Assembly: GCA_951406725.2 (NCBI GenBank)
Contig: OX597832.1
Coordinates: 50,468,001-50,532,000, forward strand
Reading direction: 5' to 3'
Origin: Octopus vulgaris
Lineage: Eukaryota
DNA: 64,000 bases
Under the pieces are notes generated by a model, which had not been told where the DNA came from, ran no database searches, and saw only the letters and a program-made list of their open reading frames with translations. Position 1 is the stretch's first letter. Each line of letters opens with the position of its first letter. This document shows, one piece after another, positions 1 through 14,278 of this stretch. The translations under genes were made by a program, and so were the position numbers.

Positions 1-1489
1 AATAACTTTCTTGAGAACAAGATTATTTCATAAGAAATTTGATTTTCATGATAGTGGGTATGCAATATATTTGGAGAGAGAATTGAACCTGGTTTTATTC
101 AGTTAGAAATTAATATATAAAAAAAAAAATTATAGTCTACAGAGAAGGGACAGGATACTGTTACTTTTTTTTATTTTTTTAAACCTTTTTAAAATTGGCA
201 TAATTTAAATGAAAAGGGTTATTCTGCCCAGAACAAAGGCCAGTAAAAATCCTGAGCAGAAACCAAAGCAGTTCTAAGTTCTAATAGCTAATCTAACAAA
301 TAAGGAGATTTTTTTTTTCTAAATTTAAATAGCTAAAATATTAAAAGCTCACAAACTATACCCAGTAGCTATATCCTGAATGGAAGGAATTCTAAAATTG
401 ACTGACAAATTTACACAGATCACTTTTGATCTATGGAAAAAAAAAAAAAAAAAAAATTAAAAAAGAAAAGGCTTTTAGACAAATCAGAAAACTCAAAACC
501 CTGATATAGTGAAAAAAAAAAGACGAACCAGTTTTAAGACACTATGAATAGGTAGCTTTATCATGGAAGGCAGCAACTAGTTTCAAAATTTAATTCTGAG
601 CTCACTTTGAAGTAAAGGATTCAACACCAATATGCCGTTTATAAAGCCAGTCGTTATTTTCTTTCTACATTCATATTTACTGCAAATGTTTAAACAAATG
701 AAAATTTCCTGTTTAACAAAATATACCTGCAACCAGTATAATTTAGAGTAGAAAAAAAAAAAAACAGAAGAAAACTCACTGAATTGTCGAGCTGGATATT
801 AAAATTGCTGATAAAATACTTGAGAATAAATCAAAAGATAGCTTATAATTAATTAAATAGCATCTGCTGCCATGGTTTCTATACTGCAATGTATGTAAAA
901 TTAGAGGGGAAAATAGTTTCAGCAGTAACATTAAATGGCTAACATGTCAATGACAATTACACTTCTCAGCTAACTAAATCACAAAATTTTAGCCAAGTAA
1001 CAAGCTTCATTCCATTTTAAATATGTTATTAAATGTATTGGATACAGACTCCTTTTGTAATTATTAAGCTATATTCCATAGAGAGAGGAAAATATATATG
1101 TATGCATATATAATATGTATATCAGGAGATATGTATATAGTTGAAAAACAGTTGTGTTTGTTTTTTTTCTTTATAGACTTTTCCCAACCATCCTTAAAAT
1201 ATAGAAGACTTTTTTTAAAAAAAAAAGTTTCTTCTAAATTGACTACAATATCATCTTAGTTGGTTTAGAAAGTTAAGATGAAGTTTTAAGACCTAAAACC
1301 TCCAATGCTAAAGTATTAAAAATGTACTTTCAATTTAGTTGTATGTTAGTAAATCAAACAAACCAGCTAAGATTGAAATTTCAGTCAGTCTTTTTCAGCA
1401 AAGTATTGTTATTTTATTTAATAAATTTCATTCATAATTTGTGTTATTATTTTCCAAATATACTTTTCACTGCATTTATTTCAGATTCT
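1..1489 (-). other. Probable SND1 3' UTR / downstream region
   Basis: AT-rich and free of recognisable repeats. AATAAA on the minus strand at 1475-1480, 1413-1418, 170-175 and 94-99. The true end cannot be determined. Confidence 0.5.
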
Positions 1490-1546
1490 TTAACCAAATT
1501 CTCTGGCATCATCTTCAGTAATGTCACCATAACGCCATAAGTTTTG
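1490..1546 (-). CDS. SND1: SND1 last coding exon ([18 protein letters not shown])
   Basis: Polypyrimidine tract plus CAG acceptor; conserved C-terminus; TAA at 1492-1490. Confidence 0.95.
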   Translation of the reverse strand, partial: QNLWRYGDITEDDAREFG

Positions 1547-4500
1547 CTGCAAAGAGAAAGAATGCATTTTTGTATTGTAGACTCCACTGTTTGTGTTTAT
1601 GTGAATAATGTGTATATGAGAAAGCCATGTATAAGTATTGTCAGTATAAGCACACTGCCTTTACATACAACCACAAGACATCTATTCAAGTAAGAAAGCA
1701 AAGAAAATAGCAGTTATAAAACCACAGATATTCAAGTGTTTTTGCAATGTGTGTACATGTAGTTTTGTAGTTTGTTTTAGTAAGAAAGATTGTTTAGAAT
1801 GTAAACAGAGACACACTTTCATCACACTCAAGTATACAGGCAAACATTTAAAATAAAATAATAGATTTTGTACCATTCTTAGTACAAGCAAAACATGGTC
1901 CTATGACTGGTTTAGGTGGGCAATAACTCTGAAGAACTAGTTTTGACTAAGAACAAAGGCAATGTTGACTGGAAGGTGTTAATGAGTTGTTTTGACCCAA
2001 GTGAATGAAGTCTCCACAATAAGCATGGGCAATTTTTTAAAGGAGAGGGCCACATGAGGCATGGCCTATCATCAGGTGGGTTGCACTACTAAATTCAAGG
2101 TAATTTTTCATTTAGGCATTTCATTCAGGAAGTCTCACAGGCCACAATTTGCTAGAAATATCAGCCCAATCTACCTCAGATCACATTCTAAAGTCTTCAA
2201 AAAGAAGAAACATATTGGCCCCCTGTGCCGGTGGCACGTAAAAATCACCCACTGCACTCTCGGAGTGGTTGGCGTTAGGAAGGGCATCCAACTGTAGAAA
2301 CTCTGCCAAATCAAGATTGGAGCCTGGTGCAGCCATCTGGTTTGCCAGCCCTCAGTCAAAATCGTCCAACCCATGCTAGCATGGAAAGCGGACGTTAAAC
2401 GATGATGATGACAATATTGGATGATGTAATTCTAGAGACAATATGCATTGAAAACAAAAAACCAGACAGTCATAATTGAAAAAAGTACCTTTGATCAGAG
2501 GTTTGTTTAGGAGTGATCTGGAGATAAACAACCCACTTTTGCCAACACAGATCTATCTGATATCTAATATTGATTTCTTACATTGACAAACAGCCATAAA
2601 GGATCTTTTCGGTTTGAACGGCAGTTTTTTCTAGCGGTGTCATATGAAATTGTCACCCATAATTATGACCCGAGTATCAATCTATTGCATTTCAATCTGT
2701 TTTAGGGTTAGGGTTAGTTAGGGTAATGGGTATCTTTTTTTCTTCAGAAATGTAAATAAACCCAATCTGTTTCTTAAATGAGGGACATATTCATATGGCA
2801 CAGAATGTTTTTTTTTTACCTCAATAGACATCATTGATTGGTTGAAATTGCAGAAATTGAAGAAAAAAAACAACAAATATCTTACAAACTATAGAATTTT
2901 CTCAATAAAGCCAAGAGAAAAAGATGTTTTATAAACACATTCTACCAGTATACGAAATTTAAAAGTGTTTAGTTACGTGGAAATTATTAAAAAAAACTGC
3001 CGTTCAAACCGAAAAGATCCGCCATAATTTTGTAAAAGAGGAGGTGTACAATTGGCTGAATTAATCCAGAAAAGGATTAGTAAGCTGCACCAAATTCCGA
3101 TGTCGGCTTTGACACGATTTCTATAGCTGAATGCCCTTCCTAATGCCAAGTTCTCTACAGAGTGTACTAGCCGGGTTTTTTTTTTTATATATGGCACTAA
3201 CATTGGTGAGGTCCCAAGTAACTCGCAAAAGAACCCCCACCCTAACTGAGGGGTGGGGAGAGACTTTATAACAACACAACCACATCAAATAAAAACGAAA
3301 ACCAAAATTAAGTTGCACATTAATTAATTAAGTTGAAAAACATAATTAGAGACCTACCCTGGCGGACTTTGCTTTTTCTTGAGCATTCATATAAGAGGCC
3401 ACTAATTTGCTGAGACGCTTTTCTTTGCGGGTCTCTACTAGCAAAATACCATCTGAGATTAAGCTGAATGCTACATCGTCCCGTGACTCTCCAAGCTGGC
3501 CAGTTACAAAGTCAACACCATTGGCTTTATATTCTAGATTCACCACAAGCTGCTTTCCAAAAATGTCATGATTTAGAGCCTCGTAAGCATCACGTTTGGC
3601 ATCTTCCTGTAATAGAAAGAATTTAAAAAAAAAAAAAAAAAAAAATTTTAATCATTAGATCATTTCTATTAAGGGTGTCAGAGGAACAGATAGGATTAAA
3701 TTTATCTAAACAAGCCATATCTGGCCCAAATATTCTACCTGTTTTATGTTCAGACTGGCCAGTTCTGGCCTCTCACACCAACCCTACAATGTCATTCTAA
3801 AAATAAGTAATCTCATCATCAAAATATCAAAGCTACAAGATAATGCACGATTAATTCAAAATAATTACAAATGAATAAGCATTACATTTGACAGGGTAAT
3901 CTGAATGTTAAAGAGTTAACGAAACAAATTAATTTTCATTAACATATATAAAATAAGTGATATCAAACATTCACTACATTTATACTCTTTTACTTGTTTC
4001 AGTCATTTGACTGTGGCCATGCTGGAGCACCGCATACAGTCGAGCAAATCGACCCCAGGACTTATTCTTTGTAAGCCCAGTACTTATTCTATCGGTCTCT
4101 TTTGCCGAACCGCTAAGTGACGGGAATGTAAACACACCAGCATCAGTTGTCAAGCAATGCTAGGGGGACAAACACAGACACACAAACACACACACACATA
4201 TACATGACAGGCTTCTTTCAGTTTCCGTCTACCAAATCCACTCAAGGCTTTGGTCGGCCCGAGGCTATAGTAGAAGACACTTGCCCAAGGTGCCACGCAG
4301 GGGGACTGAACCCGGAACCATGTGGTTGGTAAGCAAGCTACTTACCACACAGCCACTCCTACGCCTATAAAAATAGTTGATAAGATTACTGCATGTCTAA
4401 TATATAATAAGCTCTAGACAAGAAGTACAGCTTTAGTAATTTCAGTGCTTTTGAATTAGCTCTCCTTGCTCCTTGGACATAGTGAAAATTGAAAAAAAGC

Positions 4501-7500
4501 ATTCTTATATATCACTAGCAGTATCGCCCGGCGTTGCTCGGGTTTGTAAGGGAAATAACTATATAAGCATTTTTAGAGTTATAGCAAAAAATGCATTAAG
4601 AATGGAATAAAAAATGATGGTATTTTTTTTTTTTTAATTGTTGACTCAGTGTCTTCAAGCCATGAAGTCGTTGTTCTAAAAGAACGCTAGTCTCCTTGAC
4701 AACGCATTACGACGTTGATTTCCTTACACTCCCTTCCCCACAGCTTCACAAGGGAGGGAAGAAGGGGGAGAAGCAAACACAGGTGCAGGTGTTTGAGCGT
4801 GGACGCCAACTCCGCCGCCATCGACACACGAAAAATTATGCATTAAAATGGAATAAAAAATGTTAAATTATTTTTAAAATCGTAGACTCATCGTAGATGC
4901 GTGCTAATAGCCAGACGGGCTTGATATTAATCACGACTATAAGATACCCGAATTTGGTTAAACTGCACCGTAAAATGTGGGAGTAGTTAGGAATCTAAAT
5001 CGTAGGAGACAGACATTCACACAACTACAGTTTTATATATATAGATATACACTTTTAATATTCCGTTTTATAGCGTAACTGGTCGTCAGTTGTTTAATAT
5101 AGAAAGGCATGTTAATAATCAAACACACTTGAAAAATTTTGAGATAAATTGGTGCAATGAATAGAAATACTTACTAGAATATATTCAGCCCAACCTACAT
5201 AGACACTCCCTTGCTCATAAATGCATTAAATCATTATTGGCCTGTTGGAAACCTATACCCTACAATACTATTGCTCAGAAATGCATGAACAAAAAAATTA
5301 TATTGAAAATAATGAGTGTTCACTTTTTGTCAAGATTTTATTGTTAAAATTAAATATCACAATTCTATATTTAAGAGATGAGGAATTATGTACATCATTT
5401 ATATTTGACGGATATTTGTCCTCATCTTGTTTGTTGTTAACACATTTCAGCTGATATACCCCACAGCCTTCATCAGGTGTCTTGGGGAAATTTTGAACCT
5501 GGGTTCTCATTCCTAAGGTATTTCCCAATATTATTATTACTATTATTATTCAGGTCACTGCCTAGAATCGAACTCGGAATCTTGGGGTTAATAGCCCACA
5601 TTCTTAACCATTCATTAAAGCGTACAGGAGGTCCAACTTCGTATATAGGACCAAGGTGATTTTTCGGCACATATTTTCAGGGGAAAAAAGGTACATCTTA
5701 TATTTCTTTATTGCCCACAAGGGGCTAAACATAGAGGGGACAGACAAAGGGATTAAGTCGATTACATCAATCCCAGTGCGTGACTGGTACTTAATTTATC
5801 GACCCCGAAAGGATGACAGGTAAAGTCGACCTCGGCGGAATTTGAACTCTGAACGTAATGGCAGACGAAATATCGGTAAGCATTTCGACCGTCGCGCTAA
5901 CGCTTCTGCCAGCTCACCGCCTAAAAGGTACATCTTATATGCCATCAAATATGGTGACTAGGATTTGAACACAGAACACAAACTTGAAACTAAATTGACT
6001 AAACAGCAAAGTCATAAGGCTGCAAAAATCTGTCTGTAAACAAGTCCCACCACCAGCCAATTTGAAACATATAATACTTTCTACTTACATCATCAGGGCA
6101 TTTCACACATGCAAGTCCAAATAGTGTTGCTTGTGCAGGTAATGACTGGAAGACTGGTGGTAACGCAGCAAGCATGGAGAATGGAACTTCTTCTCGCTAA
6201 AACAACAAATAAAAATAATACACAATTAATGACTGGTATTATACACACACACACAGCTGGATGCTTATCCTGTTGCCAACTCTCATCAATTTGCAAGCAA
6301 GGTAATATTTCTCCATGGCCAAACATATTTTTGCAGAATATTGGAAATAAATGACACTGCTCGTATATACAGTGACATAGTTACAGCCATCATGTGATGT
6401 CAAGAAAAGGCGATAATACACATACATACACACATCATCATCTTCGTTTAGCGTCCGCTTTCCATGCTAGCATGGGTTGGACGGTTCAGCTGGGGTGTGG
6501 GAAGCCAGAAGGCTGCACCAGGCCCAGTCTGATCTGGCACTGTTTCTACGACTGGATGCCCTTCCTAATGCCAACCACTCCGTGAGTGTAGTGGGTGCAT
6601 TTTACGTGCCACCGGCACAGGTGCCAGACAAGGCTGGCAAATGGCCACGATCGGATGGTGCTTTTTAAGTACATGACAGACTTTCACACTGTTTCCATCT
6701 CCCAATTCCACTTACAAGGCTTTCATTGACCTGAGGCTATAGGAGAAGATACTTGCCTAAGGTACCACGCAATGAGACTGAACCTGAAGCCATGTGACTG
6801 GGAAGCAAACTTCACCTTATGGTCATGCCTGCATACATACGTATACGAAACAGTAAATGTACCAATTCAAGACAGGAATGAGAAAAAAAATACCCCATGA
6901 CAAGATAAAAGTCATACATAACTTACTAAGGCATGTTTGAATCTCTTGTCAGTGGGTTTGTTTCCCTTTAAAGTATAAAATTAGTTCTGTCTTGACATCA
7001 ATTTGGCTAGAAAAATCATAACCATTAATTCATTCATAAAGACATCCACAAATATACAGTTTAACAGGGTTGACTGAAATGAACACCGACAACCACTTGA
7101 GGCTTCCTTATGTGAAAGCTTCAAGTGGTCCTTCAGGTCATCACGTGGGAATAACATTTGTTTTTGAATTTTATCCCAGCCTGGAAGACAAACTATGCAA
7201 ATTTTGTTTGTTTGTTCCTTCTTGAGCCATGCCTGGCTCATAAGGGCCGGTTTCCCGGTTTCCTTGGCGTATAAGATTTCCCACCTGGATGGGACACCGG
7301 TCCATCGCAGGTGAGCTGCAAGATGCAGGAGGAAAGAATGAGAGAAAGTTGTGGCGAAAGAGTCAGCAGAAGTTCGTCATTATCTTCTGCCGGAGCCGCA
7401 TGGAGCTTAGGTGTTTTCGCTCATAAACACACACATCGCCCGGTCTGAGATTTGAACCCACGATCCCACGACTGCGAGTTGGCTGTTCTAACCACTAGGC

Positions 7501-10500
7501 CATGTGCCTCCACCATGCAAATTTTTCATGAAAGGAGACTGCAAGTGGCACTTAGTGTTGGTTTCAGTCGACTAAAATATATACTCTGTCATTGATGTGT
7601 GTGGCTGTAACTCTGAATAAGAATTGACTCAAACCAGGACAACCTATTTCTTTATTACCCACAAGGGGTTAAACATAGAGGGCACAAACAAGGCCAGACT
7701 CACGTATTAATTCGATTACATTGACCCCAGTGCGTAACTGGTACTTATTTAATTGACCCTGAAAGGATGAAAGGCAAAGTCGACCTCGGCGGAATTTGAA
7801 CTCAGAACGTAGCAGCAGACGAAATACTGCTAAGCATTTCGCCCGGCGTGCTAACGATTCTGCCAGCTCGCCGCCCTTAAACCAGGACAACCTGTCCATC
7901 CCATACCAACATGGAAAGCATATAACGAAGAGGGTTTACAATTAAATATATTCTATTAATTACTTGAAAATTAAATATTACTTACATTTCCATAATCTAT
8001 GTATAACACTGTTGCTTTGTTATTACTAACTTTTTCGACTTTAGCTCTGTACCTGTAAAGAAGAAAAAAAAGTTCATATTTAAAGGAAATAAAATTACTA
8101 CTTAACCCTTTAGTGTTCAGATTACTCTGTTAAATGTAATACTTTTTCACTCAAATTGTTTTGAATTAATCCTGGATCATCTTACAGCTTTGAGGTTTCA
8201 ATGATGTGGTTACTTATTTTTAGAATGGCATTGTAGGTTAGGTGTGAGAGGCTAGACATCGCCAGTTTGAATATAAAACATGTAGAATATATTGGGCCGG
8301 ATTTGGCCAGTTTAAACACTAAAGGGTTAAAAAGCAATTTCTTGTAACCTACTGGATTGTTCAAACAACTGTTGGTAGTGATAATGATCCATAGAACAGA
8401 CTTACAGATCCAAAGGACAATTCAGTTGTGACTACCACCCCACCCCCTTTATATTTTTTGCAGATGCAAAATTATCTACAACTACATTATCAGACGTTTG
8501 GGATCTTTTCGGTTTGACCGGCAGTTTTTAAAAATAATTTCCATGTAACTAAACACTTTTAAACTTTGTATACTGGTAGAATGTGTTTATAAAACATCTT
8601 TTTCTCTTGGCTTTATTGAGAAGATTCTATAGTTTGTAAGATACTTGTTTTTTTTTTTTCCTTCAATTTCTGCAATTCAACCAATCAATGACATCTATTG
8701 AAGGTGAAAACATTCTGTGCTATATGAATATGTCCCTCGTTTTAGAAACAGATTGGGTTTATTTACATTTGTGAAGAAAAAAGATACCCTTCCCACCACC
8801 CCTAACCCTAAACAGATTGAAATGCAATAGATCGATACTAGGGTCATAATTATGGGTGACAATTTCATGACACCGCAAGAAAAAACTGCCGTTCAAATCG
8901 AAAAGATCCGATGTTTGAATTTCTGAGTTGATAAATTATCATTATACACTGATATATTCACACTAGTGTTGTCAAATACTGAAACAGGTTGAACAACCTG
9001 AATAGAGAATGCCACATCAAAAGGAACCAATTTACTTACCACTGATTATCAACAGAAAACTTAGCTGCACAGATTACTCCACGCTTTGGCGTATAAGCAC
9101 CAACAACTGGAGTATTAGTTTCAAGTTCTTTCCGAAGTTGCTCCATCATTTCAACCAGTTGTGGACCTTCAAATTGAATACGAGCATAAGTTAAATAAGC
9201 ACAGACTTACAAACAAGGAAATAAAGTGATTCTATTTGCTTAAACTTTTTGTTTGATTCAGTATTATTTCTATGGGTTGGTCATCAAAATGTAAGATAAT
9301 GTGTACACACATATAAATACATACACATAAAAAAATAAGACAACAAAGGGTTAAATGATTATGAACTCCATTAGCTTACAGCTGTTTCTGCTATAAGATG
9401 CAGTTAAGTGCCTGAGTAACACCTTATAGTTTCATCAGAACCTCAAATATGAAGTGCAGTTTATTTGGGAAAAGAATTACATTTATTCATATATATATAT
9501 ATATAACCACGGAGTGGTTGGCATTAGGAAGAGCATCCAGCTGTAGAAACACTGCCAGATTAGACTGAAGCCTGGTGCAGCCTCCTGGCTTCCCAGACCC
9601 CAGATGAACCGTCCAACCCATGCTAGCATGGAAAGCGGACGTTAAACGATGATGCAATGTGATTCTAAAAATAAACAATTGCATAATCGAAATCTCTAAG
9701 CTACAAGATACATATGTTATTAAATTTAAAATATGGGAATAAATAAGTATTACATTTGACAGAGTAACCTGATTGTTAAGGGGCTAAACAAGCCATAAGA
9801 TACCCAATTTATTTAAAAGAGTAGTGGGGGAAGAATTAGTGGAGACTAAGTACTGGCAATACTTAGTCATATCCCTTCATAATTTAAGTTCAAACCCTGC
9901 TAAGACTATTTTTCATCCACCTCTCTGCCTTTTACTAAAATATAATAGATACCAGCCAATTATCCACCTCCTCCATTATTATTATTATTATTATTATTAA
10001 GTAGGGAAGGCAGTCAGCTGGCAGAATTGTTAGCACACTGGATAAAATGCTTAGCGATATTTCGCTCATCGCTACATTCTGAGTTCAAATTCCGTCAAGG
10101 TCAACTTGGCCTTTCATCCTTTCGCAGTCGATAAATTATGTACCAGTGAAATTCTGGAGTCAATTTAATTGACTAATCCCCTTCACCACAAATTTTAGGT
10201 GTTGTGCCTACAGTAGAAAGTATTATTATTATTATTATTATTAAGGCAAGCTGGCAGAATCATTAGCACATAGGACGAAATGTTTAGTGGTGTATCATCC
10301 ATCCTTGTGTTCAAACTTTGCCGAGGTCAACTTTGCCTTCCAGTGTTTTGAGGTCGATGAATGAAGTACCAGTTACATACTGGGGTGTTGATGTAATCGA
10401 CTTACCACCCTACCCCTACCCCAAAATTTCAGGCCTTGTTTAATTGCACAGCTAGATAAAAAATACAAATGGAAACTTACCACTCTCAACATACTGGGCG

Positions 10501-11331
10501 TAAAATTTCAAATCAGGCATAACTTCTGTGACAACAACATTGCAGTAATTTAGTTTACGCTCTAATGGTTCTTCAACAACTTGGTCATTTTTAGGTTCTT
10601 CATAATTTGACCAAATCTGGAAATATTGGAAATTTTTTGCTTGTTTTTATTACTAAATATATACATGCATAACAATTGCTAAGTACAAATACATTTGCTC
10701 ACACAACTACTTGAGATGTGAAACCGCCACACATACAGCCAGGTAACATGGACACACTTCTGATCTAGAATCTATTTTTCCTTCCCGCATCAGAACACCT
10801 TACCCACACATCTCTTAAACACAACTAATGCACTTCCTCTTCTTACTTCCCTACATTACTTCATTACCGATCATACAAACACATAACAAATTAGATAATA
10901 CACTGAGTTTCTAGGTAATTTCACAAAATGAAAATCTAATAATTATATACGAGTTCATTACGAATTATATAAAACTCTGCTATAGGCGCAGGAGTGGCTG
11001 TGTGGTAAGTAGCTCGTTTACGAACCACATACTTCCGGGTTCAGTCCCACTGCGTGGCACCCTGGACAAGTATCTTCTACTATAGCCTCGGGCCGACCAA
11101 AGCCTTGTGAGTGGATTTGGTAGACGGAAACTGAAAGAAGCTCGTCATATATATGTATATATATATATATCATCATCATTGTTTAACGTCCACCTTCCAT
11201 GCTAGCATGGGATGGACAGTTCGACCGGGGATCTGGGAAGCCAGAAGGCTGCACCAGGCTCCAGTCTTATCTGGCAATGTTTCTACAGCTGGATGCCCTT
11301 CCTAACGCTAACCACTCCGTGAGTGTAGTGG

Positions 11332-11380
<49 letters not shown>

Positions 11381-12566
11381 TGTGTGTTTGTCCCCCTAGC
11401 ATTGCTTGACAACCGATGCTGGTGTGTTTATGTCCCCGTTACTTAGCGGTTCGGCAAAAGAGACCGATAGAATAAGTACTGGGCTTACAAAAAGAATAAG
11501 TCCCGGGGTCGAGTTGCTCGATTAAAGGCGGTGCTCCAGCATGGCCACAGTCAAATGACTGAAACAAGTAAAAGAGTAAAGAGAGAGTTAAGTAGAGTTT
11601 TCTTTGGACAAGACACTTTGCTTGACGGCTTCAGGCAAACCAGCAGGAAAATAAGCCTCACTTCTTAACTTAGTCAGTAAATGAAATAACAGCTACCTGC
11701 ACCATATGCAAGGTTGATTGTCTTAATATAAACCTAATACTGTTGCATAAGATATTCCAGAATAGCAACCACTACATGATGAATTGTGAAGAGCCAGACG
11801 AGAATAAGGTGTCGTGGCTAAGACGTTTGACCCAAAAGTTGTTCTGGATGCTATGTTCATGAACTGCTTGACCAGAAATGACAAGAGCTATGCAAAAATG
11901 ACACCACCACTACCACATTGCCCTGTGTTAATATTCCAAAGATCTTCCACTCATGGAGCAAGCAGTGCAATATACTTCACCCAGGAGCACCATACCATAA
12001 ATGCATGAAAATCTGAGCTTAAACCAGTATTTTAACCACAAAAATACTTTGTTGTTTAACCCTTTAGTGTTTAAACCAGCCATATTTCCGGCCCAAATAA
12101 TCTACCTGTTTTCTGTTAAAACTGGCCAGATTTGGTATCTCACACCAACCTACAATGTCAATCTAAAAACAGGTGATAACATCATCGAAATCTTAAAGCT
12201 ACAAAATAATGCATGATTAGCTTAAAACAATATGGATGAATAAATATTATATTTGACAGAATAATCTGAATGCTAAAGGGGTAATCAACCCTTTATATCT
12301 GCTTTTCATGTTAGCACGAGTAGAACAGGTTGATAGGATCCAATGGAAGGTGGGGGACATCTTTTTTTCTCTTTTTTACTTGTTTCAGTCATTTGACTGC
12401 GGCCATGCTGGAGCACCGCCTTTAATCGAGCAACTCGACCCCGGGACTTATTCTTTTGCAAGCCCAGTACTTATTCTATCGGTCTCTTTAGCCGAACTGC
12501 TAAGTGACGGGGACATAAATACACCAGCATCGGTTGTCAAGCGATGTTGGGAGGGGACAAACACAG

Positions 12567-12631
<65 letters not shown>

Positions 12632-14208
12632 TATATATGATGGGCTTCTTTCAGTTTCCGTCTACCAAATCCACTCACAAGGCTTTGGTCGGCCCGAGGC
12701 TATAGTAGAAGACACTTGCCCAAGGTGCCACGCAGTGGGACTGAACCCGGAACCATGTGGTTGGTAAACAAGCTACTTACCACACAGCCACTCCTGCGCC
12801 TATGCAAAAGGGTGATTGGAAGAGTGACCCGTAAAGCAGTTGGTGATACAAAGGCTGTAAAAACCAGGTCATTACAATGAAATAATTGAATGGTGACCTG
12901 GGCAACGGAGAGTAGACCAGCAAGTAATTAAATACTGTCAACCAGATACAGGTGACTCTTTAGTTTTGATGCAGACAATATTTCTAGTGCTGACTGCACA
13001 ATAAAATCCACCAGCACCAGGTGCATGTTGTAGAATGATTGGCAGTAGGAAAGGGCAGCCAGGCATAACAAAAAGAAAAAAATTAGACATACCATAAAGA
13101 CCGGCAGGTTTCAGTTTTTGTGAATGCAAAATAACAAAGGATCGTGACAAATGGTGAGACAGTGCGAGATGCGTCATCCCATTCCAGCATGCAAAAACAC
13201 ATTTTACAATAATGATTACATGGTAAAAATTAAAATAGAAATTTCAAAAATTTACATTTAATTTAGCTGTCTTTGCTTTTGTTTCTGCTTCTAGTAAAGC
13301 TTTGTAACACGCGCTACGTTCTGCAGTGAAATGGACTTTTGCTAAACCTTCTTCGACAAGTGCAATAGACAGGTTAGTAGTTTCAATGTGTAACCATCCA
13401 ATGAAATTTCCACCTTTATCAATAGTCTCTACTTCAACTTCAACCTAGAGAAAGAAACAAACAAAACAAAAAAAAAGGGAAAATATGACAAATGCATTTA
13501 AGTGTGCATGAGTGCTATAATATAGTCAGACCAGTAACTCCATTTTATATCAAAAATTGCATTTAATTTAAGCACAAGGCCAACATGTTTTATTAGGGAG
13601 GGAAAGGGCTTAGTTTATTTCATTGACCCTTGTATTTGACTGGTACTTTATTTTATCAAACTGGAAAGGATGAAAGGCAATGGTGACTTCAGCTGGATTT
13701 GAACTTAGTTTCACATCAGTATAACTGACAAACAACTATACTTATAGAAGAGACATGACAGTCATTTCAAGCGCAAATATACCGATACATTTACCAACAT
13801 TTTCACCATCATCATCATCATTATTATTATTATTATTATTAAGGCGGCAAGCTGGCAGAAACGTTAGCATGCTGGGCGAAATGCCTTAAGGTATTTTGTC
13901 TGCCGTTACGTTCTGAGTTCAAATTCCGCCGAGGTCGACTTTGCCTTTCATCCTTTCAGGGTTGATAAATTAAGTAGCAGTTGCGTACTAGGGTCAATCT
14001 GATTAACTGGTCCCCCCTCCCCCTCCATAAAGACGGACGAAATACTGCTAAGCATTTTGCCCAGTGTGCTAATGTTTCTGCCAGCTTGCCGGCTTATGGG
14101 GGACTAAATAATGGCAGCAGAAAGGTTTGTATTCGTGACTTTGCTGGGGAAATTCCAGCCATTGTGCCTTTCCTATTAAAAAGTTGACCTTGTCTGTAAG
14201 TTAGAATC

Positions 14209-14278
<70 letters not shown>

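Noticed and set aside
2040-2080. CUGAUGA followed by a GGCCA/UGGCC hairpin on the minus strand
   Set aside because: No GAAA box or NUH site follows the stem.
7440-7513. Possible tRNA gene (also 18465-18529 and SINE-A heads)
   Set aside because: A/B boxes are present but there is no complete cloverleaf, and each continues into a SINE body.
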